A DNA stretch of 64,000 nt. Source: Octopus vulgaris (taxonomy: Eukaryota). Within the stretch, counting starts at the first letter, position 1. Every line of letters begins with the position of its first letter. The position numbers and the translations under genes were made by a program. The notes beneath the pieces are model-generated. The model was not told where the DNA came from. It worked only from the letters and a program-made list of their open reading frames with translations, and did not search any database. Shown here piece after piece: positions 13,064 to 26,479 of this stretch. The stretch is taken from positions 10,230,001 through 10,294,000 of the forward strand of contig OX597836.1 in the NCBI GenBank assembly GCA_951406725.2, written 5' to 3'.

Positions 13064-13644
13064 TATATGTAGTCCCACATGATCAAACACTGAACGAACG
13101 CGTACCCCTACAGAGTGACTCGGGCTATCACAGGGCTATCACAGGGTGTCTGCCAAACAGAAAAACCATATGACAACGTGGTTATGTAAACAAGCTTTTA
13201 CACTGGAAACTTTTTAAAATGTTGTTCTTCTCATCACGACTGTTTTTCTTAGAAACCAAATCCAAATAGAGGTGCTGTTTCCTCCTCGATATTTTACGGC
13301 TTGTATTACGAACCAACGAGGGACAACTCTATGGCGTTGGCTCCACCTCTTCGAAATAGCAGAGAAATCACCCTCAAAACATAACCTGTTGTTTTAAGAG
13401 GTAAAATGTAACATTGGGTGATGTTGTACTGGATGCCCCGCGTCTGAATCTGGTGCTGTGTTATCCAATGTGTTGGCTACATCCAGGAGTATATAATCCA
13501 TTCATAACTGTTGGCGTGGTCACGGTTGGAACATCTTTGATCTGAAGTCTGTTCAGTCGGATTAAATTATCTAAGGCGTGGTGTATTGAATGACGGACAC
13601 ACATCCACACGCGTGCGCACACAATCATGTATATGTGTGTTGTT

Positions 13645-13765
13645 TATCTGTCTTTCTGTCTGTCTGTCTGTTTGTCTGTCTGTTTGTCTGTCTGTCTGTG
13701 TTTCTTGTGCCAGTGTGTATCTGTCTGTCTGTCTGTCTGTCTGTCAGTCAGTCTCTCTGTCTGTC

Positions 13766-13851
<86 letters not shown>

Positions 13852-14115
13852 TCGTATGTCTGTCTATCTATCTACCTGTCTGTCTGTTTATCTATCTACC
13901 TGTCTGTCTATGTATGTATGTATGTATTATGTATGTATATATGTATGTACGTACGTATGTATGCATATATGTATGTACGTACGTATGTATGCATGTATGT
14001 ATGTATGTATGTATGTATGTATGTATGCATGCATGTATGTATGTATGTATGTATGTACGTATGTATGTATGTATGTATGTATGTTTCTATCTGTATATCT
14101 ATCTTTCTATCTATC
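13645..14115. repeat. Compound tetranucleotide array (TCTG/TCTA/TATG)
   Basis: Direct inspection. Confidence 0.95.
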
Positions 14116-14548
14116 CAATTAATGCAAACTTCTGTAATCTCACAATCTCGGTAGGTGGCGCTGCGAGCTGATTTTAGGTGTATTTACACCAATTGTCTAC
14201 AACAAGAAATTTTCCCCATGACTAAATACAGTGAATAGCTGTCTTAGGGGTTCGAATATGCCCCAAACATATGCGATATATCTTAATGCCTTCTGCGTAG
14301 TTTCTGTCTAGCAAGTTTCACTCGCAAGGTATGGGTCGATCCGCAGCTATAGAAAATGACATTTGTCCAAGACGCCCTGTCGTGAAATCGAACCTGGGAC
14401 CTGGTGTTTGCGAAGCAAGCCTCTTAATCATTCGAGTATACAGCACCTGCACTCTGACGTAAGAAATAGTATAGTCTTATGTTGAGAAATAGTATAGTGT
14501 TTTTTTTTTTTCAGTAAATGCTGGTTTATTTCAATATACGGCATCCAC

Positions 14549-14644
<96 letters not shown>

Positions 14645-14747
14645 ATTGATATATGTAGGGAGAGTTTACGAAAAAAACAAAAGACGAAGACAGGTGGTGT
14701 AGACAACAAACAGATGTTTTAGTATAACGCTCAGGAATAGAAAAAGT

Positions 14748-14783
14748 CTTTTACGTTTCGAGCCTACGCTCTTCTACAGAAAG
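14748..14783 (-). ncRNA. Minimal hammerhead ribozyme, A6U core variant
   Basis: cttt|CTGTAGA|a gagc-gtag-gctc|GAAA|cg|TA|aaag. Confidence 0.65.
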
Positions 14784-14850
14784 GGACACAGAAAAAAAAA
14801 ACAAGGAGAGAAAAAAAATGTGTGTAGTGGCTAACGATCTATCATGGCGA

Positions 14851-15149
14851 TATAATTAGGGTTCAGCTAACTTCTTCACCGCATACCAAAATTAGAAATA
14901 GGGGTTAAAAATTCATTTTCTGCCACTATAAGAATCTCCATGACGGTAAACATACTTTTTTTACGAAGGCAAAGAGAAAAAACAATTAATCAACACGACC
15001 AGGATTAATTGATTCATTGTTTTTCTCTTTGTCTTCGTGAAAAAGTATGTTTACCTTCATGGAGATTCTTACAGTAGCAGAAAAGGAATTTTTAACTCCT
15101 TTTTCTAATTTCGGTATGTGGTGAAACAGTTAGCTGAACCCTAATTATA
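14851..15149. mobile_element. Foldback MITE (~300 bp, almost entirely palindromic)
   Basis: tataattagggttcagctaac...gttagctgaaccctaattata. The arms pair imperfectly over ~140 bp and the ends are TA-flanked. Confidence 0.8.
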
Positions 15150-16074
15150 ATTATGTGCATAATTTTACCTATAATTTTATTTTAACGTACCGATTTACTT
15201 GGTAAAATTGTTAATTAATTGATTAATTAATTAATTAATTAATTTAATTAATAAATTTTACCCTTCTATTAATATATATATATATGACAAGTTTCTATAC
15301 AGTTTCTGTTTATCAGGTGCACTCACAAGACATTGGTTGACTCGGAGCTATAGTAGAAGACACTTGCCCAAGGTGTCATGCAGAGGGAATGAACCTGAAA
15401 CCACGTGGGTGGAAAGCAAGCTTCTGCACCACACAGCCATTCGAGTGAAATAACTTCGTCATTATGAAGCTGATGGTTAGAACATAAATCAACAGGAAAT
15501 TTTTTTATGGATGTTTTTAATTTAAATCACTTTAAACAGGAAATTTAATTCATAGAACCAGAGGCGGTCTCAGGCGAGTTGGTATCAAAAGAGCTTATCT
15601 AATATTGGAGGTAGGAGGAACACACAACCTAATTTCATTATTTAATATGCAAAATTGCTAACTCGTGTCAAAGTTAGGAGGGGTTATTTAAAATGCAAAC
15701 AAGGTGGCGAGCTGGCAGAATCATTAGTGCGTCTGGCAGCAATTCTTCCGGCTTTTTACGTTCTGAGTTCAAATACCACCCAGGTCGACTTTGCCTTTCA
15801 TCCTTTCAGGGTCGATAAAATAAGTACCAGTCGGTCGATGGAATCAACTATACCACTCTCCCATAAAAATTGATGGCCTTGTGCCAAAATTTGAAGCTAT
15901 TATTTAAATTGCAACTGGTAGGTAATTTTATAATCAATTCCAGGAAAATAGACAAACAGTTTGACATTGGTAGGACTCGAACACACAACTGAAAAATAAC
16001 TCATCAGTGAGTCAATGTAGTCATGTGTTAACTACCTAACACTTTACCCCTCCCGTTGTTGAAAACGGTTTTGG

Positions 16075-16480
16075 TTTCAAATTTTGGCACGAGGACAGCA
16101 AGTTCAGCGGAAGGGTAACTCGATTACATCAATCCCAGACTTCAAATGGAACTTATTTTACCCATTCCGAAAGGACGAGAGCAAAGTCGATCTGGACAGG
16201 ACGAAAGGCAAAGTCGACCTCGGCGGAATTCAAACTCCAAACGTAAAGACGGACGAAATTTCTTTTTTCTCTAATCTAGGCACAAGGCTTGAAATTTCGG
16301 GGGGAGGGGGCCAGTCAATTAGATTGACTCCAGTACGCAATTGGTACTTAATTTATCGACCCCGAAAGGATGAAAGGCAAAGTCGACCTCGACGGAATTT
16401 GAACACAGAACGTAACGACGGCCGAAAAGCCGCTAAGCATTTCGCTCGGCGCGGGGTAACGATTCTGCCATCTCGCCGCC
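16075..16480 (-). mobile_element. Tandem SINE family B copies
   Basis: Repeated gaaaggatgaaaggcaaagtcgacctcg..ggaatttgaa. Confidence 0.8.
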
Positions 16481-17036
16481 TTAGTTTCTGACCTTAATAT
16501 TAATGTCCTTTAGATTGTTTGCGTTTAAAGATATCAGATGATTACAAACAGCTTTCCGTGGTTAATGCTTTGCTTTTCTCCCCTAAGTTCATCGTCGCTC
16601 GTGTACACCAACTACACCGTCGCTTACTCCACAATCGTCGCAAATCACAAACCAGCCTGCATTGATGTGCCTGTCGGGTTAAGTCATTCACGACCCACCC
16701 GCTGATCATCTGTACTCATTAGACCTCGTTGCCCACAGAGTTGGCAGCTGGATTTTCACTTTACACAATTGACCGGTTCCCTCTATGCGCTGCATCGATG
16801 AGAAAAGCTTACTTGTATAGATTGGATGACTCACTTTAAAGTTGGGGGTCGGATGACCTCAATGGGATCTTAACATCTTACAGGATTGTCTTATAAGTTT
16901 GTTGATGATTTTCGTAAGATGGAAAAGAGGAAGAGGAAAGTCTATTAAAAACAACACACAGAAGAAAAAAAAACATATAAACTACCAGTTTTAAATGTTA
17001 TCGTTCTAGTTTTCTTTTCATAGAAGCATTAAAAAT

Positions 17037-17830
17037 AGGTTAGCACTGCACTTCTGTAGGTGGTAGTACAGTCAGAGTGGAGGCGCAATGGCCCAGTGGT
17101 TAGGGCAGCGGACTCGCGGTCATAGGATCGCGGTTTCGATTCCCAGACCGGGCGTTGTGAGTGTTTATTGAGCGAAAACACCTAAAGCTCCACGAGCCTC
17201 CGGCAGGGGTGGTAGTGATCCCTGCTGTACTCTTTCACCACAACTTTCTCTCACTCTTACTTCCTGTTTCTGTTGTACCTGTATTTCAAAGGGCCGGCCT
17301 TGTCTCTCTCTGTGTCACGCTGAATATCCCCGAGTACGTTAAGAGTACACGTGTCTGTGGAGTGCTCAGCCACTTACACGTTAATTTCACGAGCAGGTTG
17401 TTCCGTTGATTCGGATCAACTGGAACCCTCGTCGTCGTAACCGACGGAGTGCTTCCATATCCAGTACAGTCAAAGATAAGTTAGTGCTGTATGTCTATTT
17501 GTAGCAATAGTATTGCGTGAGAGTGGTTAGTGCTGCAGCTCTATTAATGGTAAGTTAGTTTAAGATAAGTTTGTGCTGTAAACATAACATTAGTAATAGT
17601 ATAATATTAAATAGGTTAGTGCTACACGTTTGTCGGTGGTAGTTGAGCTCAAAAGAGGTTAGTGTTGTAGATATACCAGTCGCAAAAGAATAGTACTGAG
17701 TAGGTTAGTGGTGCGCCTCTATTAGTGGTTAGTGCTGCACCTCTATTAGTGGTAATACAGTCGAAGAGAGGTGGGTGGTGTTGGTCCATTGGTGGCAATA
17801 GTTTAGTGTGGAAGAGGGTTAGTGCTGTAG
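17037..17830. repeat. Degenerate ~45-bp minisatellite (core ggttagtgctg), interrupted by SINE C
   Basis: Core recurs at ~17481, 17527, 17571, 17616, 17659, 17705 and 17819. Confidence 0.7.
17077..17457 (+). mobile_element. SINE family C, full length, with target-site duplication
   Basis: A and B boxes present. agtacagtca flanks both sides (17066-17075 and 17463-17472, approximate). Confidence 0.9.
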
Positions 17831-18079
17831 GACTATATGAAACTGCAGTGAGTTTGCCATTACAAGTTGAAGATATTTGAACTCAAAGTTCACATATGTT
17901 TAAACACAGCTTGGCGCTGATACTGTTGTATATATATGGACGGTGCTGAGTTGTCAAACATTTAAACCAAATTTTCTCAAAACAACTTGTCCGACCATCC
18001 CATGGGCCTCCCCTTTGAGAAACACTGATTTAACCTAAATTTGAGACACCAGCAAAAGAAGAAATAAAGATAGACTTTT

Positions 18080-18286
18080 TTTCTATTCCAAAGAAAAACG
18101 ATTTTATTCACTTTATCGATCGCATTCTCACCTGGAATCGATTTTTATAATTTTTTCAAGACTTATACACGCCCTGATACCGTCGGTATCTACATATCAA
18201 ATTTGAGCGCAGTCGGATGGAGGATGCTTGAGATCCTAGAAGACACACACACACACAGACAGGTAGAACGGATTTTATATAATAGA
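18080..18286 (-). mobile_element. Probable non-autonomous Helitron-type 5' end
   Basis: Minus strand begins a|tctattatataaaatccgttctacctgtctgtgtgtg: TC start plus subterminal microsatellite, typical of these elements. Confidence 0.45.
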
Positions 18287-18898
18287 TAATACAAAATGGG
18301 ACAAGAACGCAAAATATCCGGACAGTTAGGTGGTACAAAAATGGGACAACAAAACATCCAGATAGACGATACAAAGAAAACAAGGACGGGTCATTCGAAG
18401 TTTTCGTTCCTCAGTCGAGCACCAGATTATCTTCGCAATTTCGGATGATTATGCTCGAGATTGCTCCAATCTGGCCAGCCCCAAGGAAAAACTAAGCTAA
18501 GAGCATTAGATTCCTTGGAAGAAAGCAGCGAATGTATACAAAAACAAGGACGGAAAAACCCCCACCAATGTTACACAAATACAATACAAATAATAACAAG
18601 ACATAAGAGGTGTCTTTCGACTAAGGACGGATTAAATTAAGCTGGTGTGTGTGGAAATGAAGCCTTACAGCAGGGATAGGGAGACAGAGAGGCCCGTTTA
18701 GTGGTAACCGTTGTAAAAACGAATACTCGATACTAAAGTAGAGATTAATAATATATTTTAGGTTGATCTAATCAGTGTCTTGTTATTTTGAGTTTCAGCT
18801 GTGGGTGCACAGGATCTTCTGGAAAGTTGACACATAACTTGCCTGAAGATCGTGTGCAGCACCCACGGAATAGCAAGAGGACTGACCTGACCCAAATA

Positions 18899-18934
<36 letters not shown>

Positions 18935-19082
18935 TAGTGTGTATATAGGTAGATAGATAGGTAAGGAAATGCAGATATATATATTGGTATAATGTGACAC
19001 TATATACGTAGCTATTTATACACGCACACATATACATATACATACATACATATATACATACATGCATAAATACATACATACA

Positions 19083-19116
<34 letters not shown>

Positions 19117-19194
19117 CATACATCTATATATATTTCGTTTTGGGATTTGGTTTGCAAGATTCTTTATGTGAGTTCGTGTGTTGAAGCATATTCT

Positions 19195-19442
19195 GTTGTG
19201 TCTGGGGAGAGTCATTCTCTTTCACAGTGCCTTATAATGTAACACACTCACCGGTAAAATTTCCTTTCATTTACATATTCATTTTTCTAAAATTTTCGTT
19301 ACGTCTTTGCAACCTTTTCAATAGTTGCAAAGACGTAACGAAAATTTTACAAATATAAATATGTAAATGAGAGGAAATTTTACCGGTGAGTGTGTTAAAT
19401 TATAAGGCACTGTGAAAGAGAATGACTCTCCCCAGACACAAC
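19195..19442. repeat. 119-bp inverted repeat (PLE terminal-repeat foldback)
   Basis: Arms 19195-19313 and 19324-19442 with 10-nt spacer cttttcaata. Confidence 0.9.
19287..19324 (-). ncRNA. Minimal hammerhead ribozyme, U3-A8 variant
   Basis: cta|TTGAAAA|g gttgc-aaagac-gtaac|GAAA|at|TT|tag. Confidence 0.65.
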
Positions 19443-19447
19443 TGTTA

Positions 19448-19493
<46 letters not shown>

Positions 19494-19496
<3 letters not shown>

Positions 19497-19937
19497 TCTT
19501 TACTCTTTTACTCTTTTACTTGTTTCAGTCATTTGACTGCGGTCATGCTGCAGCACCGCCTTTAGTCGAGCAAATCGACCCCAGGACGTATTCTTTGCAA
19601 ACCTAGTACTTATTCTATCGGTCTCTTTTGCCGAACCGCTAACTTACGGGGACGTAAACACACCACCATCAGTCGTCAAGCGATGTTGGAGGGACAAACA
19701 CAGACACACAAACATGCACATGCACACACACACACACACACACACATATGTATATATAATATACATACATATATACGACGGGCTACTTTTAGTTTCCGCC
19801 TACCAAATCCACTCACAAGGTTTTGGTCGGCCCGAGGCTATAGTAGAAGACACTTGCCCAAGGTGCCACGCAGTGGGACTGAACCCGGAACCACGTGGCT
19901 GGTAAGCAAGCTACTTACCACACAGCCACCCCTGCGC

Positions 19938-19939
<2 letters not shown>
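19494..19939 (-). mobile_element. SINE family A, full length
   Basis: Head, internal microsatellite and (aaaagagt)n tail. Confidence 0.9.
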
Positions 19940-20006
<67 letters not shown>

Positions 20007-20360
20007 CGTTTTCATCTTCCTATAAAGACACACATGCGTATTAGTTTTAGCGTTTTGGTGTTGTTTGCCTAATATTTTTCTTTCTGTTCCTTGAGAGACT
20101 TTTGATTTGTTCAGGAAATATTACTACCATGTAATTATTATCTTTTTACATATTTCAGGATGCATAAACGTGTGTGCGTGTGTGTGTGTGTATGTATTTG
20201 TGTATGTATGTGTGTGTATGTGTGTGTGTGTGTGTGTGTGTATGGATGCGAATGCGTGAGTTTGGTGAATGGGTGAGTGCGTACGAATTGTTTGCGTATG
20301 TCATTCAAGTGAATGTGTACTTATTCATGTGTGCGTGTGTGTGTATGTGTGTGTGTGTGT

Positions 20361-20415
<55 letters not shown>

Positions 20416-20796
20416 TGAGGATATTAAAGAATATACAAGCTTTCCTCCTACTCACAGAGTTAAAACACCCCCTGCCGATTTATATATCTCTATAGAAAGT
20501 ACCCCCGCTCCAGGTATTCCCTGCGTTACATAGTCTTCAAACAGCACTCGCTAATGGTAATTCCGTTAACAGTTTGTTCTGAAAAAAAAGTCTCTCACAT
20601 TACATTGCCAAACCTCAATAACTTTTTACTTTTTTTCAAGATCAAATCCCTGAGCAGGAAGTACTGTTGAAGTGCGTCATGGTTTGTGAGTTACATCGTA
20701 AATAGCTAAAGGTTGTGGCTAGTACCAAACGGAGTTCGCAGACACGGGTTCGATTCCTGAACGTATCCGCTTATTCTGTTCGTACAATGTATGAAG

Positions 20797-21056
20797 GTGG
20801 AGGCGCGTGGCTTAGTAGTTAGGGATGTTGAACTCATGATCGTAAGATTGTGGTTTCGATTCCTGGACCGGGTGACGCGTTGTGTTCTTGAGCAAAACAC
20901 TTCATTTCACGTTGCTCCAATCCACTCAGCTGGCAAAAATGAGTAACGCGGCGATGGACTGGCATCCCTTCCAGTTAGGGAACATATACGCCATAGAAAC
21001 CGGGAAACCGGGCCCATGAGCCTGGCTAGGCTTTAAAAGGGCGCATTTATTTATTT
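20797..21056 (+). mobile_element. SINE family D (V-domain-like), full length
   Basis: tRNA head, then gcgatggactggcatcccttccag (V-SINE-like) and a (ttta)n tail. Other copies at 27500-27688 and 62110-62310. Confidence 0.8.
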
Positions 21057-21065
21057 ATATTTACA

Positions 21066-21475
21066 AGGCGCAGGAGTGGCTGTGTGGTAAGTAACTTGCT
21101 TACCAACCACATGGTTCCGGGTTCAGTCATCTGTGGCATCTTGGGCAAGTGTCTTCTACTATAGCCTCGGGCCAACCAAAGCCTTGTGAGTGGATTTGGT
21201 AGACGGAAACTGAAAGAAGCCCGTTGTATATATGTATGTATATATATATATGTGTGTGTGTATGTTTGTGTGTCTGTGTTTGTCACTCTAGCATTGCTTG
21301 ACAACCGATGCTGGTGTGTTTACGTCCCCGTCACTTAGCGGTTCGGCAAAAGAGACCGATAGAATAAGTACTGGGCATACAAAGAAGAAGTCCTGGGGTC
21401 GATTTGCTCGACTAAAGGCGATGCTCCAGCATGACCGCAGTCAAATGACTGAAACAAGTAAAAGAGTAAAGAGTA
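21066..21475 (+). mobile_element. SINE family A, full length
   Basis: aggcgcaggagtggctgtgtggtaag ... gactgaaacaagtaaaagagt. Confidence 0.9.
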
Positions 21476-21972
21476 ATGTATGAAGAATATAATAAGCACC
21501 ACGTGTTGATTATTTTGGCGTCGTATTTCGAACTTCTAATTCTTCTTTATGAAGGCGCGTGGCCTTGTGGTTAGACTGTTGCCTTCACGATCGCCAGATC
21601 CTGGGTTCGATTTCCTAATTGGGCGGCCCGTTGCGTTCTTGAACAAAACACTTCATCTCAAGTCGCTGGGGTCGATGTAATAGACGTACCCTCTCCCTCG
21701 GAATTGCTGGCTTTGAGCTAAAATTCAAAATCTATATTTTAACAATAACGTTTATACAATCCTTTCTAATATTTAACTGCAAAAATACAATAGGGATTTT
21801 TTAAAATCATCGAATGATTATAGGGGTTCAGTGAAGTCAAATCGAATAGGAATCGAAGGGGTCTATAGGCAAAAAAACCCCCAGAAAGAAATGGTTGAGT
21901 ACCACTTCTCTAAGAGTATCAGAATGGTAAGCAAGCGTTTAATGGCAAAACTATGAGATGATACATACATAC

Positions 21973-22096
<124 letters not shown>

Positions 22097-22599
22097 TGTG
22101 TCTGTGTGTGTGTGTATACATGTACATATACATATATAAATATCTATCTACCTATCTATCTATCTATCTATATATAGATAGATAAATAGATAGATAGATA
22201 GATATAATACTCATGGATGAAACAAAATTCCGATGCAGTCTGAGGAACAGCACTTGCCAATTCACCTGTTACTCGAACACTATGGAGATTAGATCAATAG
22301 ATTGTCTCTTACACTCTTCGAACAACAAACACACGAAGCAACAAATATTTGAGTGACTTCTTCAGTTTCTTGTTTCAATTAATAAACCAAACTTCAACGC
22401 CTTTTACCGGATAATGCTTTTGGAGAGAGAGGGCAAAATGAGTCTGTGGCGTGAAATCCACTGAAACGTCAAATCCAGCGTTTCTCCATAATTTCCATGG
22501 TTTTTACTGCTTAGAAGCGTTACGCCTTTCGGCTTAGAAGCGTTACGCTTCGCTTGCATTTTGCATGGCAGTTTTTGATTTCATGCATGTTGCTTTTTT

Positions 22600-22852
22600 A
22601 GACGAGCTGGCAGAATCGTTGGCACGCCGGACAAAATGCCTAGCGGCATTTCGTCTGTCTTTACGTTCTGAGTTCAAATTCCACCGAGGTCAACTTTGTT
22701 TTTCATCCTTTCGAGGGTCGATTGAATAAGTACCAGTAACGCACTGGGGTCGATGTAATCGACTTAAACCATTCTCCCAAATTTGTGGCCTTGCGTTTCG
22801 AAGAAAGGATTATTACCCCCCTTTTGACCAGGCTCCCGTTGGCTTTTATGGG

Positions 22853-22924
<72 letters not shown>

Positions 22925-22945
22925 CTATCATCATCATCATCATCA

Positions 22946-23012
<67 letters not shown>

Positions 23013-23220
23013 GTCAAGCTGGCAGAACCGTTAGCACGTCGGACAAAATGCTTAGCGGCATTTCGTCTGACTTTATGTTCAAATTCCACCGAGGTCGACT
23101 TTGCTTTTCATCCGTTCGGAGTAGTCGATTAATTTCAGTACCAGTTGCGTACTGAGGTGGACCAAATTGACTGACCCCACTCCCGCAGGATTTCAGGCCT
23201 TGTGCCTATAGTAGAAAGGG
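22600..23220 (+). mobile_element. Two SINE family B copies separated by a (TAT)n/(CAT)n array
   Basis: Family B head and Meta-like core occur twice. Confidence 0.8.
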
Positions 23221-23823
23221 TTCATGTTTTTTAAATCTGCTAGTGTAAGTTCAGATTTTGCAACCATACTTTTCTATTATTCTCTTAGTAGTAGTAGTGG
23301 CAAAAATGGTTGTGGTTGTGGTAGCGATGGTGGTGGCGGTGGTGGTGGTGGTGGTGGTGGCGATGGTAGTCGTAATGGTGACAGAAGTAGTGGTGGTGGT
23401 CAGTGGTGATAGTGACTGTATCAGTGGTGATGGGTGTTGGGTAACGGGCTTCTTTCAGTTTCCATCTACCAAATCCACTCACAAGGCTTTGGTCGGCCCG
23501 AGGCTATAGTAGAAGACACTTGTCCAAGGTGCCACGCAGTGGGACTGAACCCAGAACCATGTGGTTGGTAAGCAAGCTACTTACCACACAGCCACTCCTA
23601 CCGTCTCCTTTTTTACTGATTTCAGTACGGGGATGGCGGTGATGCTACTGCACAGTTTCCGAAGGTTCGATCGATCATATCGATCTCACAACATATTCCA
23701 GTTTCCATTTAAGAAATGGCTGAGTTACCTAGAAGTTAAATGTGTCAGCATATTGGCACAGAATACACAAACACGCGCGCGTGCACATATACACACATTC
23801 TCAGACTCACACACGCCTATACA

Positions 23824-23854
<31 letters not shown>

Positions 23855-23867
23855 GCATATTTATATA

Positions 23868-24036
<169 letters not shown>

Positions 24037-24058
24037 ATGCTTTCGCGTGACGAAATAT

Positions 24059-24103
<45 letters not shown>

Positions 24104-24395
24104 CACGTACATACGAAATGCTTCCAAGCTGTTCCTATGTATCAAATTCTGAAACGATAACCTTCTGAATACGTTACCTTAGAAACCGTTTAACTGAGCG
24201 TGATATGTATTTTTCTTATGTTTGTAAACACGAGCCTTGGATCTGGGTTAGAAACCGGCTCTTTCTCTATTGGCAAGAAATCTTGCAATAAAACTGAAGA
24301 ATGACATACATGCATACATACGTAATACAAACATACATGCATACATACAAACATACATGGATATACACACGCACACACACACACTCACATACACA

Positions 24396-24438
<43 letters not shown>

Positions 24439-24649
24439 ATCTAGGTTATATATATATATATATATGGATCTAGGTTAGAAATCGGCTCTTTCTCTGTTGG
24501 CAAGAAATCGTGAAATAAAACTGAAAAATGACATACATGCATACATACATAATACATACATACATGCATGCATACAAACATACAAGCATGCATACATAAT
24601 ACATGCACACATACACACACTCACACACACACACACACAGACACATGTT

Positions 24650-24938
24650 TGTTCCTTCTCGTACCACTCCTGGCTCATAAGAGACGGTTTCCTTGGCGCA
24701 TAGGTTCCCCACCTGTACGGAACGCCGATCCGTCGCAGGTGAGCTGCAAGATGCAGGAGGAAAGAGTGAGAGAAAGTTGTGGCGAAAGAGTCAACAGAAG
24801 TTCGCCATTACCGTCTGCCGGAGCAGCGTGGAGCTTAAGTGTTTCGCTTATAAACACACACATCGCCCAGTCTGAGATTCGAACCCGCGATACCTCGACC
24901 GCGATTCCGCTGCTCTAACCACTAGGCCATGTGCCTAC
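24650..24938 (-). mobile_element. SINE related to family C (variant tail)
   Basis: Shares gagtgagagaaagttgtgg with family C. Second copy at 34468-34743. Confidence 0.75.
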
Positions 24939-25214
24939 ACACACACACACACACACGCACACACACACATACACACACACGCGCACACACACATATTCAT
25001 ACACATACACATATGTCTACATATATATGCATACATACAGGTGAGACTATATTTGTACTTTTCATGCACATATAAGCACACGTAGGCATATACATACGTG
25101 TTTGCGTATGTTTTTGCGTCAGTGTTTGATTATCTATATGTGTGTATATGTGTGCATTTGTCTCTGTGTGTGTTTGTCTGTGTGTGTGTGTGTGTCTGTG
25201 TGTATGTGCGTGTA

Positions 25215-25860
25215 GTATTTCCTTCTCTGTGATCTCATCACTTCTTACATGAAAAACTTCAGATGGGGGCCTTGATTTGATATCAAAGAGGGCGATAGGA
25301 TGTGGCTGGTTTAGCGTCTCTTGGAAGTACTCCAACCATCTGGCACTTTGTTCTTTTTTTTTTTTTTAGTGTTAACAGGGTTTCGCCAGATTGTTGTTAC
25401 TTGAGTAGCAATACACAGCTGCTTCATTCTTCATCCCATCAGTTTCCTGGCAATGCAGTATGGCATCTTTGCATCATTTCTCTTGCATCTTCAGATTCCT
25501 GTCCTTTTCTTTCCAGTCTTTTTTGTTCTTTCCAGGTTTGCAGCTTCACTTTACCAGTAACGTTCTATGGTCCGTCTCTTATTCGATGTTCTTTCCTTGA
25601 GCTTCTTATGCGATCGGTATGATAGTACACTCTATGCATTCTGCTTTCTGTTGTTCTAAACACACCTCACCGTTCCCCAGAATTGCTGAAAAGCTGCAGT
25701 GGCTGAGATCTGGTGCTCAGTAATAACTAGAACCACTGTATTGATGTGGCATCTTTTAGCTTCTCTATCGTAAATGACCAGATGGGTCCACATTTGATGG
25801 GCTCTGAAGTATGACTCTTTCAGAGAGCGCTTTCTTAAGTAGCAACGAGGCCTGCGTAGC
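25215..25860 (-). pseudogene. Degraded RTE-clade LINE ORF fragment (linker upstream of RT)
   Basis: Minus frame RWLEYFQETLNQP...SDEITEKEI matches the conserved RW.EHF...LN motif preceding the non-LTR RT. Confidence 0.65.
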
Positions 25861-25914
25861 TACAGTTATCATCTAGAACGTATCATCAATTTTTTAAAAA
25901 ACTTAACCGTTACA

Positions 25915-26107
25915 TCGCAGAAATGGCTGTGTGGTAAGTAGCTTGCTTACCACCCACATGGTTCCGGGTTCAGTCCCACTGCGTGGAACCTTGGGCAAGT
26001 GTCTTCTACTATTGCCTCGGGCCGACCAAAGTCTTGTGAGTGGATTTGGTAGACAGAAACTGAAAGAAGCCCGTCGTATATATATATATAATGTATATAT
26101 ATGTGTG

Positions 26108-26164
<57 letters not shown>

Positions 26165-26265
26165 GTGTATGTATATGTATATGTTTGTGTGTCTGTGTTT
26201 GTCCCCCCCCCAAAAAAAAAATCGCTTGACAACCGATACTAGTGTGTTTAAGTCCCCGTCACTTA
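25915..26265 (+). mobile_element. SINE family A, 3'-truncated
   Basis: Head and internal (TA)n present. Confidence 0.85.
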
Positions 26266-26434
26266 TTAGGTAAGCTCTTTTTATACCAACTCGCCTGAGA
26301 CCGCCTATTTCCAGCGTGGAGGTATCTGTTAGATACCCTAAATTATAATTTAAAATAATTATTACCTTTGAAAGGTTTTTATTCCCATGCTGGCCACCTG
26401 ATAAGATCGGTATTCTAAATATCGACTTTATCCT

Positions 26435-26479
<45 letters not shown>

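Noticed and set aside
17077-17155. tRNA-Arg gene (and other tRNA-like heads, e.g. 8950-9030, 20797-20875)
   Set aside because: The A/B boxes continue into multi-copy SINE bodies or degenerate sequence, and the acceptor stem is not intact.
17460-17830. CRISPR-like repeat-spacer array
   Set aside because: Eukaryotic context, short imperfect core, spacers related to each other, no cas genes.
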